From positions 5,138 to 69,137 of the forward strand of contig SCTB01000050.1 of NCBI GenBank assembly GCA_004297545.1: a stretch of DNA of 64,000 nucleotides, written 5' to 3'. Origin of the DNA: Alphaproteobacteria bacterium (GTDB lineage Bacteria > Pseudomonadota > Alphaproteobacteria > Micavibrionales > UBA2020). This document shows positions 45,796 to 53,530 of this stretch, piece by piece. Under the pieces are notes generated by a model. It did no database searches. It was not told the DNA's origin and saw only the letters and a program-made list of their open reading frames with translations. Positions within the stretch are counted from its first letter, which is position 1, and the number at the start of each line of letters is the position of its first letter. The position numbers and the translations under genes were made by a program.

Positions 45796-46083
45796 ATGTC
45801 CATCGACAAGAACACCGTCGGAAAAATCGCCCGCCTCGCCCGGATCAAAGTCTCGGAGGAGGAAAAGGAGGTGCTTTCCGCACAGCTCAGCAATATCCTC
45901 AAGATGATCGAGGAGCTCAACGCCGTCAACACCGATGGCGTGGAGCCGCTGACCTCGGTCGTGCAGATGCAGATGTATGAGCGCGAGGACAAGGTGACGG
46001 ACGGCGGCATCCCGGAGAAAATCCTCCAGAACGCGCCCGAGCAGACGGCCGGTTTCTTCGTCGTGCCCAAGGTGGTGGAGTAA
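45796..46083 (+). CDS. gatC: Asp-tRNA(Asn)/Glu-tRNA(Gln) amidotransferase subunit C
   Basis: 95 aa with IARLARIKVSEEE...FFVVPKVVE. It lies directly upstream of gatA. Confidence 0.95.
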   Translation: MSIDKNTVGKIARLARIKVSEEEKEVLSAQLSNILKMIEELNAVNTDGVEPLTSVVQMQMYEREDKVTDGGIPEKILQNAPEQTAGFFVVPKVVE

Positions 46084-46086
46084 GCC

Positions 46087-47571
46087 ATGTCGAAACTGAC
46101 CAACCTCACCATCGCGCAGGCGCTGGCTGGCCTCAAGAAAAAAGAATTCACGGCGGTCGAGCTGGTGGACGCGCATATCCATGCGGCTGAAGCCGCGCGC
46201 CTCCTCAACTGTTTTATCACCGAAACTTTCGACGCTGCGCGCGCGCAGGCGAAGGAATCCGACGCCCGCTACGCCAAGGGCAACCCGCTGCCCCTCGACG
46301 GCATTCCGATCGCCATGAAAGACCTCTTCTGCACCGAAGGCGTGCAGACGACGGCGGCAAGCGCCATCCTCAAGGGCTTCAAGCCTCCTTATGAATCGAC
46401 CGTTTCGGCGCAGATGAAGCGCGACGGCACAATCACACTGGGCAAGGCAAACCTCGACGAATTCGCGATGGGCTCGTCGAACACGACCAGCGCCTATGGC
46501 AACGTCATCAACCCCTGGAAGCGCAAGGGCGACAATAAAGACCTCGTTCCGGGCGGCTCCTCGGGCGGTTCGGCGGCTGCCGTCGCCGCGCGCATCGTGA
46601 TGGGCGCGACGGGAACGGATACTGGCGGTTCCATTCGCCAGCCGGCCGCCTTCTGCGGTATCACGGGCATCAAACCCACCTATGGCCGCTGTTCGCGCTG
46701 GGGCATCGTCGCTTTCGCTTCCTCGCTCGACCAGGCGGGACCCTTCGGCAAGACCAACGAAGACTGCGCGCTGCTGCTGCGCTCCATGGCCGGCTGGGAC
46801 CCGAAAGATTCCACCTCCGTCAACAAGCCCGTGCCGGATTACACGGCGACACTGGCACAGGGCGTCAAGGGGTTGAGAGTCGGCGTACCCAAGGAATACC
46901 GCGTGGAAGGCACCAGCCCCGAGATCATCGCGCTCTGGGAAAGGGGCGTGCAGATGATGAAGGACGCCGGCGCCCAGATCGTCGACGTGTCGCTGCCGCA
47001 TACCAAATACGCGCTGCATGCCTATTACGTGGTGGCGCCTGCCGAATGCTCCTCCAATCTCGCGCGCTATGACGGCGTGCGCTATGGCTTGAGGGTCGAG
47101 GGCGACAACCTGATCGACACCTACGAAAAGACGCGCCAGCAGGGCTTCGGCAAGGAAGTGAAGCGCCGCATCCTCATCGGCACCTATGTGCTCTCGGCGG
47201 GCTATTACGACGCCTATTACAACAAGGCGCGCCGCGTGCGCAAGCTCATCTGGAACGACTTTATCGAGGCGTATAAAAAGTGCGACGTGCTGCTCACGCC
47301 GACCGCGCCCACGCCGGCTTTCGCCATCGGCGAGAATACGCAGGATCCCATCACGATGTACCTGAACGACGTCTTCACCATCCCGGCCTCGATGGCGGGA
47401 ATGCCGGGGATGTCGGTGCCGGTGGGCTTAAGCGCTGACGGCCTGCCGCTCGGCCTGCAGCTGCTGGGCCGCCCGTTCGAAGAAGAGACATTGTTCCGCG
47501 CCGCGCAGGCGCTCGAAAACGCCGCCAATTTCAAGGCCGTGCCGCAGAATTTCGTCGGCAAGGCCGCATAG
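46087..47571 (+). CDS. gatA: Asp-tRNA(Asn)/Glu-tRNA(Gln) amidotransferase subunit A
   Basis: Amidase signature [13 protein letters not shown] and [11 protein letters not shown]. Confidence 0.97.
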   Translation: MSKLTNLTIAQALAGLKKKEFTAVELVDAHIHAAEAARLLNCFITETFDAARAQAKESDARYAKGNPLPLDGIPIAMKDLFCTEGVQTTAASAILKGFKPPYESTVSAQMKRDGTITLGKANLDEFAMGSSNTTSAYGNVINPWKRKGDNKDLVPGGSSGGSAAAVAARIVMGATGTDTGGSIRQPAAFCGITGIKPTYGRCSRWGIVAFASSLDQAGPFGKTNEDCALLLRSMAGWDPKDSTSVNKPVPDYTATLAQGVKGLRVGVPKEYRVEGTSPEIIALWERGVQMMKDAGAQIVDVSLPHTKYALHAYYVVAPAECSSNLARYDGVRYGLRVEGDNLIDTYEKTRQQGFGKEVKRRILIGTYVLSAGYYDAYYNKARRVRKLIWNDFIEAYKKCDVLLTPTAPTPAFAIGENTQDPITMYLNDVFTIPASMAGMPGMSVPVGLSADGLPLGLQLLGRPFEEETLFRAAQALENAANFKAVPQNFVGKAA

Positions 47572-47596
47572 GGATATTTTGAAAGGACATTCACCG

Positions 47597-47992
47597 ATGA
47601 AGATGAGCCCGAAATCCATTAAAGACCGTTTCAACAAACTCGCGAAGAAGGGCGGCGAAGCTGTTATCCGCGTCGAGGCAGAATGGCATGCCTCAGGTCT
47701 CGAAGACCGTTTTGGCCCCTGGCAGGACGGCAAGATGGCCATCTGCGTGTTCAACGGCGCGGTGCAGGAAAACACCCAGATCCTTTCCATCACGAATGTA
47801 ACGGAAGACAAGGACGGCCTGACCGTCAATGTGCGCACGGGTATTCTTGGCGGCCCGCCGTCGCGGCCCGGACACTTCTCTTGTCCTCAGGACGTCAAAT
47901 TCGTGGATGCAAGCGACAAGCCCGTCAAGTTTGAGTATGCGGGCATCGTCCAGCCGCTGCACAGGCAAACGCCCCCCTCAAGGAAACATTAA
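47597..47992 (+). CDS. hypothetical protein inserted between gatA and gatB
   Basis: The ATG at 47597 (MKMSPKS...) is preceded by AAAGGA. The ORF track starts at a TTG at 47579. I recognise no family. Confidence 0.6.
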   Translation: MKMSPKSIKDRFNKLAKKGGEAVIRVEAEWHASGLEDRFGPWQDGKMAICVFNGAVQENTQILSITNVTEDKDGLTVNVRTGILGGPPSRPGHFSCPQDVKFVDASDKPVKFEYAGIVQPLHRQTPPSRKH

Positions 47993-47995
47993 AAT

Positions 47996-49453
47996 ATGGC
48001 GCACGCACTTCTGAAAGGCGGAACAGGCGACTGGGAAATGGTCATCGGGCTCGAGGTCCATGCCCAGGTGCTGACGAAATCCAAGCTGTTCTCCGGCGCT
48101 TCCGCCGATTTCGGCGCCGCGCCCAACGCGCAGGTCAGCCCTGTCGACGCGGGCATGCCCGGCATGCTGCCAGTCATCAACAAGGAATGCGTGGAAAAAG
48201 CCGTGCGCACCGGCCTTGGCCTCAACGCCAAAATCAACCCGGTCTCGGTTTTCGAGCGCAAGAATTATTTCTACCCCGACCTGCCGCAGGGCTACCAGAT
48301 TTCGCAGTACCAGCACCCGATCGTGGGCAACGGAGAGGTCGAAATCGACCTGCCCGACGGCACGATCAAGAAGGTCGGCATCGAGCGCCTGCACCTGGAG
48401 CAGGACGCGGGAAAGTCGCTGCACGATCAGCACCCGACGAAAAGCTATGTCGACCTGAACCGCTCCGGCAACCCGCTCATGGAGATCGTTTCCAAGCCCG
48501 ACATGCGTTCGCCCGAAGAGGCAGGGGCCTATGTGACCAAGCTGCGCGCCATCGTGCGCTACCTCGGCACCTGCGACGGGAATATGGACGAAGGCTCCAT
48601 GCGCTGCGACGTGAATGTCTCCGTGCGCCGCCCCGGCGCGGAACTCGGCACGCGCTGCGAGATCAAGAACGTGAACTCCGTGCGCTTCGTCCAGCAGGCT
48701 ATCGAATACGAGGCGCGCCGCCAGATCGAGATTATCGAAGGCGGCGGCAAGATCCACCAGGAAACGCGGCTTTTCGACACGAAGCAGGGCGCCACGCGCT
48801 CCATGCGCTCCAAGGAAGACGCGCACGACTATCGCTATTTCCCGGACCCCGACCTGCTGCCGCTCACCGTGGATGCGGCTTTCGTCGAGAAGATCCGCAC
48901 TTCGATGCCGGAACTCCCCGATGCGATGAAAAAGCGCTTCATCGAAAAATTCGGCCTCTCTCCCTATGACGCCAGCGTGCTGGTGTCCGAAAAGGAGCGC
49001 GCCGAGTATTTTGAGACGGTTGCAAAAGGCCGCGACCCGAAGCTCGCCGCCAACTGGGTGCTTACCGAACTGCTGGGCGCGCTGCACAAGGCGGAAAAAG
49101 ACCTCAGCCAGAGCCCGGTGAAAGCCGAGCAGCTGGGCGGCCTTATCGCCCTTATTTCCGACAACACCATTTCGGGCCGCATCGCGAAGGAAGTATTCGC
49201 GGAAATGTTCGGCACCGGCAAGAACCCGGCCGACATCGTGAAGGACCGCGGCCTGCAGCAGGTGACGGATACGGGCGCTATCGAGAAAATCGTGGCCGAA
49301 GTCGTGAAGGAAAATCCCGACAAGGTCGCCGAATACAAGTCCGGCAAGGACAAGCTTTTCGGGTTCTTCGTGGGCCAGATCATGAAGAAGTCCGGCGGCA
49401 AGGCCAACCCGGGGATGGTCAACGATCTCCTCAAGAAAAAGCTGGAGGAATGA
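47996..49453 (+). CDS. gatB: Asp-tRNA(Asn)/Glu-tRNA(Gln) amidotransferase subunit B
   Basis: [33 protein letters not shown], and a C-terminal GatB_Yqey-like region. Confidence 0.97.
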   Translation: MAHALLKGGTGDWEMVIGLEVHAQVLTKSKLFSGASADFGAAPNAQVSPVDAGMPGMLPVINKECVEKAVRTGLGLNAKINPVSVFERKNYFYPDLPQGYQISQYQHPIVGNGEVEIDLPDGTIKKVGIERLHLEQDAGKSLHDQHPTKSYVDLNRSGNPLMEIVSKPDMRSPEEAGAYVTKLRAIVRYLGTCDGNMDEGSMRCDVNVSVRRPGAELGTRCEIKNVNSVRFVQQAIEYEARRQIEIIEGGGKIHQETRLFDTKQGATRSMRSKEDAHDYRYFPDPDLLPLTVDAAFVEKIRTSMPELPDAMKKRFIEKFGLSPYDASVLVSEKERAEYFETVAKGRDPKLAANWVLTELLGALHKAEKDLSQSPVKAEQLGGLIALISDNTISGRIAKEVFAEMFGTGKNPADIVKDRGLQQVTDTGAIEKIVAEVVKENPDKVAEYKSGKDKLFGFFVGQIMKKSGGKANPGMVNDLLKKKLEE

Positions 49454-49454
49454 C

Positions 49455-50222
49455 ATGCCGACGGTAGCGGGCCCCGCCCAGAACGTCATAACCGACATGA
49501 AAATATCCCCGGAAGGGGCGCGGCGCTTCGTCGTCAAGCTGTCATGGACGCCGCGCGAGCTGCCCAAGCTCAATGTCGATGTAGCCGCCCCCCCGAAGGA
49601 AGGGGATACAACCGGAAAAATCGTGTTTTTCATGATGAAGCCGTTCGACCTGCTGCGCATCCTCTTTCTGTCGATCGTCAAGCTCATGAGTTTCGGGATG
49701 TATGCGAGCAAGGCGCGCCGGGACGTCGATGCCGACGGGCGCGATACGACGGCCGATCAGTTCGACCTCGACCTCGACTGCTATATCTTCGACGGAAACA
49801 TGATGCTCAAGTGCGTTATCGGCACGGAAGGCGACGCGCTGCTGATCGAAGGCAGCAAAAAGGTCTACCATTCCGGCGACGACCAGAGCGGCATGGCGGG
49901 CGAGCATATTTTCGTCGAGACGCAGGGGCTTCCGGAAGGTTATCAGAACTTCTTCTTTGTGGTGCGCAGCGACTGCAAATACAGTCTGGACCAGTTCGTC
50001 AATCCCCTGATCCGCCTGGCTGACGGGAAAACGGACGAAAACGTCCTTCAGAACACGCTTATCCCGGCGGAGCAGATGATACCGAAAGCGTTCAACTACG
50101 CCTTCTGTCATGTCTTCCGCGACGGCGATGCCTGGCGTTTCCGCAACCTCGACGCCTATCAGGGCGACGCCGTGGAATGGGAAATGTTCCTTCCCTCTCT
50201 CGTCATCAAGCAGGCCGCCTGA
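49455..50222 (+). CDS. TerD-fold domain protein with a large hydrophobic insertion (paralog 1)
   Basis: FVVKLSW, DLDLDCYIFD, VYHSGDDQSG, FFFVVRS, IRLAD and FRDGDAWRFRNLD follow TerD-domain motif order. The ATG is 2 nt after the gatB stop, and the Shine-Dalgarno GGAGGA lies inside gatB. Confidence 0.75.
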   Translation: MPTVAGPAQNVITDMKISPEGARRFVVKLSWTPRELPKLNVDVAAPPKEGDTTGKIVFFMMKPFDLLRILFLSIVKLMSFGMYASKARRDVDADGRDTTADQFDLDLDCYIFDGNMMLKCVIGTEGDALLIEGSKKVYHSGDDQSGMAGEHIFVETQGLPEGYQNFFFVVRSDCKYSLDQFVNPLIRLADGKTDENVLQNTLIPAEQMIPKAFNYAFCHVFRDGDAWRFRNLDAYQGDAVEWEMFLPSLVIKQAA

Positions 50223-50224
50223 GC

Positions 50225-50995
50225 ATGGCGACTGTCAGCGGCCCCCGTAAGGGACTGACGTCGCCGCTGCCGGTCCCGGCCGGAGCAGCCGGGCGCTTCC
50301 TTGTCGGGTTGTCGTGGGCGCCCAAGGAAGAAGGGCCGAAAATCAGGCCGGCAATTCCCCCCTTAAAAGATGAACAAGGCCATTACGACACGTTCTATTT
50401 CTTCAAGCTCCCCTGGTTCCTCCTTCGCGCCGCCGTCATGGGCGTGGTTTCGATCGTAGCGCCGGCATTGCGCCGGCACGGCATCGGGGTGTCAAGGGAG
50501 GGGCGGCCGAAGAACCCCGATCCGCATGACCTGGATCTCTTCTGCTATATCCTGGACCATGATATGCAGGTGTTGCAGCTGGTCGGCCCGAAGAACGCCG
50601 AGCTGATCGATCCGGGAAAGAAGATCTATCACAGCGGCGAAAACCAGACCGGGCGCGACGCGACGGACGCCGAGCAGATTTTCCTCGAGACGCGCGGGCT
50701 TCCGCCCGAATACCACTACTTCTTTTTCGTCGTCAAAAGCGCCAACCGCAACACGATGGGAGATATACCAGACGGCAACGTGCGCCTTGCCGACAGCGCG
50801 GCGAATGCGAACCTCCTTCAGAACCTGATGACGGAGCGCGCGGCGCCGCCCGGCAATTCCTTCGGTTACGTTTTCTGCAGCGTTTTCCGCGACGGCGACG
50901 GGTGGTCGTTCCGCAACATCGATTCCTTCGCGGGCAAGGAAGTGGACTGGCACCTGCTGCTGCAGGCGCTGGACTTGCAGAAGGGGCTGGCATGA
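50225..50995 (+). CDS. TerD-fold domain protein with a large hydrophobic insertion (paralog 2)
   Basis: FLVGLSW, DLDLFCYILD, IYHSGENQTGRDATDAEQ, FFFVVKS, VRLAD, FRDGDGWSFRNID. The ATG at 50225 follows the paralog 1 stop by 2 nt. Confidence 0.75.
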   Translation: MATVSGPRKGLTSPLPVPAGAAGRFLVGLSWAPKEEGPKIRPAIPPLKDEQGHYDTFYFFKLPWFLLRAAVMGVVSIVAPALRRHGIGVSREGRPKNPDPHDLDLFCYILDHDMQVLQLVGPKNAELIDPGKKIYHSGENQTGRDATDAEQIFLETRGLPPEYHYFFFVVKSANRNTMGDIPDGNVRLADSAANANLLQNLMTERAAPPGNSFGYVFCSVFRDGDGWSFRNIDSFAGKEVDWHLLLQALDLQKGLA

Positions 50996-51669
50996 AGGGG
51001 CTTATCGTTTTCGACGTCGACGGCACGTTTCTCGATTCATATACCCTGTTCGAAAAGATCATCCTCGACTATTCGCGGGCGCAGGGGCTCCCCAAGCCGG
51101 CGCTGGAGGCTATCCGCTTCGGCTACAGCGACCCGCACAATCATGATTTCAAGTGGGGGGTCTCGCGAACCGACCAGGTGGAGCATCTTATTTCCATCTT
51201 CAACCTGATGGACGACTGGTCGATGTCGGGCGAGCACACGAAGACACCGGGGCTTTTCGAAGGAGTCGAGGACGCGCTCAAGCATCTGAAGGACCTTGGT
51301 CATACGCTGGCCATCGTGACTTCGAAGCCGGAGGCGCCGCTGCTGCATCTGCTTGAATACCACAAGGTTGACGGCCTGTTCTCCGCGCACCGCAACTGGG
51401 ACGACATCGCAAGGCGCGGGGAGAAGGAAAAACCGGAACCCGATATGCTGCTGTCCGTCATGCGCGACCTGAAATTTACGCCTGAGGAAACGATCATGGT
51501 GGGGGACACGGTGATGGACGTCAAAATGGGCCGCGCCGCGAAAACCCACACGATTGGCGTCGCCTGGGGCATGCACCCGGTCAGCTACCTGACCGAGGCC
51601 GGCGCGCATCATATCGTCGACACGCATTTCAAGCATGTCGTCTCGACCGTGAAAAAGATTTTCAGTTAG
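50992..51669 (+). CDS. HAD-superfamily phosphatase (subfamily IA, phosphoglycolate phosphatase-like)
   Basis: VFDVDGT (motif I), IVTSK (II), KPEPD (III), VGDTVMD (IV). The start forms an ATGA overlap with the upstream TerD-like gene. Confidence 0.88.
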   Translation: MKGLIVFDVDGTFLDSYTLFEKIILDYSRAQGLPKPALEAIRFGYSDPHNHDFKWGVSRTDQVEHLISIFNLMDDWSMSGEHTKTPGLFEGVEDALKHLKDLGHTLAIVTSKPEAPLLHLLEYHKVDGLFSAHRNWDDIARRGEKEKPEPDMLLSVMRDLKFTPEETIMVGDTVMDVKMGRAAKTHTIGVAWGMHPVSYLTEAGAHHIVDTHFKHVVSTVKKIFS

Positions 51670-52241
51670 GGCTTCGGTCCCTTGCCGCGATGGTGGAAGA
51701 ATTTGGCCGCATCGGCCGGTTTTACGGCGGCGCGGCAGCGCGGCAGGTCCTTTATCTCGTCGACAAAACTTTCGGGGCATAGCAGAGAAATAAACCCGCG
51801 GTCGCCGTCAACATGGCGCACCAGCACCTGGCCGCCGACGCCCTTTGCGAGCGCGAGGTCGAGGATGTCGTCCTGCAGGCGCCAGGTGGCGGAGGGGAGC
51901 GACGGGTCCCTGGCCTCCTGCGCCAGCACGCGCGTGAGGTCTTTCGGGTTGACGGGCCCGGCGTGTCCTGCGCGGAATGTGGGGGCGCCCTTCCATTCGC
52001 GGCTGTCGCCGTAAAGGGGCAGGGCTTTCACCTTGTCTATGAATTCGGGGGTGCATTCCAGCAGCAGGCGCGGCGCGCCTTCCACCATGTTGTCCACATA
52101 GCGGTGGAAATACACCTCCTCGCCTTCCTGCTGCGCGAGGTCGAATATCTGGGCGCGCAGCTCGATATTCTTTTTGACGGTCTGCTCGAAATTTCCGGAT
52201 TTGGCGTAATCCAGTTCGACGGTGTAAACAACGGCGGGCAT
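51666..52241 (-). CDS. hypothetical protein, two copies of the small repeated domain (family member D4)
   Basis: 191 aa. It has LLLECTPEFIDKVKALP in the first half and ISLLCPESFVDEIKDLP in the second. AAAGGA lies before the ATG. Its stop overlaps the HAD stop by 4 nt. Confidence 0.7.
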   Translation of the reverse strand: MPAVVYTVELDYAKSGNFEQTVKKNIELRAQIFDLAQQEGEEVYFHRYVDNMVEGAPRLLLECTPEFIDKVKALPLYGDSREWKGAPTFRAGHAGPVNPKDLTRVLAQEARDPSLPSATWRLQDDILDLALAKGVGGQVLVRHVDGDRGFISLLCPESFVDEIKDLPRCRAAVKPADAAKFFHHRGKGPKP

Positions 52242-52256
52242 GAAAATCCTTTAAGG

Positions 52257-52604
52257 TTATCTGTTCGTGGCGGGGGAGCGGTGGCGGGTTTCCGTACGCT
52301 GCTGCGGCACGATATCGGGGCGCTCCTCTGTCTTTTCGACGAAGGGCAGCGCGCGCACCCTGTCCGCGACGGAATCGGAGCACTCAAGCAGGGTCTTGCG
52401 CTCGTTGGCGATCAGCGTGCTGCCGCCGACTTCGTGCAGGAGGGCGTTCTGGATGAGGAATTCCAGCAGGTTTTTGTGGCAGTCGCGCGCGTGGCGCATG
52501 AAGCGGTGAAAGCCGAGGCTTTTGCTGAGGTCGTTTTCTTCGACGAGGTTATCGGGCAAGGCGTAGGTGATCTCGAAAGTCTTCATCACAGGCGGCGGGT
52601 TCAA
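52257..52604 (-). CDS. hypothetical protein, small repeated-domain family (D3)
   Basis: FEITYAL...TLLECSDSVADRVRALPFVEKTEE. The TTG start at 52604 has GGGAG 6 nt upstream. An alternative ATG lies at 52586. Confidence 0.65.
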   Translation of the reverse strand: MNPPPVMKTFEITYALPDNLVEENDLSKSLGFHRFMRHARDCHKNLLEFLIQNALLHEVGGSTLIANERKTLLECSDSVADRVRALPFVEKTEERPDIVPQQRTETRHRSPATNR

Positions 52605-52622
52605 TTCTTTCTCCCTGAAAGG

Positions 52623-52958
52623 TTACCGGTATCTGCGGCCCGAGGTCCGTTTCCCGGCAGGAACGGCTTTGCGGTCGGAAGGCTTCTCGACATACTGCAC
52701 GCCCTCGAGCTTCTTCACCTTGGCGGCGAATTTCTCGGGCGCGTTCATGAAGAAGATGCCAAGCTTGTTCAGCGACCCGTCATCGAAGGAGACCTTGACC
52801 TTGGAAGAGCAGCCTTCCTCTTCCGCCAGTTCCTTGATGCGCTTTGCAGCGGCCTCCATGTCCTCGGTGAAGTCGGTCTTGCGCGAGTACTTCGCGCGCA
52901 CGCTGACCGAGTACAGGAACGTCTTGGCTTTTTCGTTGAAATCCTTCTTTGGCGGCAT
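52623..52958 (-). CDS. hypothetical protein, small repeated-domain family (D2)
   Basis: FLYSVSV...GIFFMNAPEKFAAKVKKLEGVQYVEKP. ATG with an AGAGGT Shine-Dalgarno and strongly GC-rich third positions. Confidence 0.7.
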   Translation of the reverse strand: MPPKKDFNEKAKTFLYSVSVRAKYSRKTDFTEDMEAAAKRIKELAEEEGCSSKVKVSFDDGSLNKLGIFFMNAPEKFAAKVKKLEGVQYVEKPSDRKAVPAGKRTSGRRYR

Positions 52959-52967
52959 GATGTACCT

Positions 52968-53270
52968 CTAAAGCCTGAATTTCGGGGGAAGGTAACGGGC
53001 CTTGTCTTCCTCGATGGAGGAAACGAAGCTTTGCCCCTTCAGCTTTTCGGCGACTTCATCGGTGCACACAAGCATTAGGCCAATCTGGTGAGGCACGGGC
53101 ACGATCGCCTTGACCTGGCCTTCCAGGCCTTCGCGCGCCAGGAATTCACGCAGCTCGCGCGTCGCCAGTTTGCGCGCATCGTCCATCTGCTGCATGATCT
53201 CAAGCGGCGTCGTGCACCAGCCGCTGGAGGGCTTCAGGTTCACGGGATAGGTCAGTTTAAACTGCTTCAT
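52968..53270 (-). CDS. hypothetical protein, small repeated-domain family (D1)
   Basis: FKLTYPV...GLMLVCTDEVAEKLKGQSFVSSIEED. I chose the ATG at 53270. The ORF track starts at a TTG at 53291. Confidence 0.65.
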   Translation of the reverse strand: MKQFKLTYPVNLKPSSGWCTTPLEIMQQMDDARKLATRELREFLAREGLEGQVKAIVPVPHQIGLMLVCTDEVAEKLKGQSFVSSIEEDKARYLPPKFRL

Positions 53271-53358
53271 CGGGCGTATATTTTTCCGCAATCTTTGTGG
53301 TGAGCCGCCGGTATCAGACGCGACTCGAATCTGCTCAAAGGTTTAAAAAGAATGCCAT

Positions 53359-53387
53359 AATCTATAAGACATGAGCCTTGCTGTCAA
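53359..53387 (-). promoter_or_regulatory. putative promoter (TTGACA-17 nt-TAGATT) for the D1-D4 operon
   Basis: Minus-strand TTGACA (plus-strand tgtcaa at 53382-53387) and TAGATT (plus-strand aatcta at 53359-53364). Confidence 0.3.
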
Positions 53388-53530
53388 TTTTCTTGACCCG
53401 GCCGGCAATTTGCCATAAATCTGTAAAAACGATGCGCCAAGCCTTAAAAAACGCCATATAACAGCCACATACGCCCGCAACGGACACGGCTGTGCTTTTC
53501 TTCCCGTTGCCGGGACGTTAGTATCCCGCC

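Noticed and set aside
45736-47019. Upstream 428 codons of ORF 45253..47019 (listed as 588 aa)
   Set aside because: Only the last 160 codons (from the ATG at 45735) resemble RuvX/YqgF. The remainder is antisense to gatC/gatA.
51813-53078. 421-aa plus-strand ORF spanning all four small D-family genes
   Set aside because: The minus-strand genes have high GC3, individual Shine-Dalgarno sites and a repeated domain plan. The plus frame is a low-information R/G/V/L/H-rich shadow. This still deserves an explicit check with strand-specific data.
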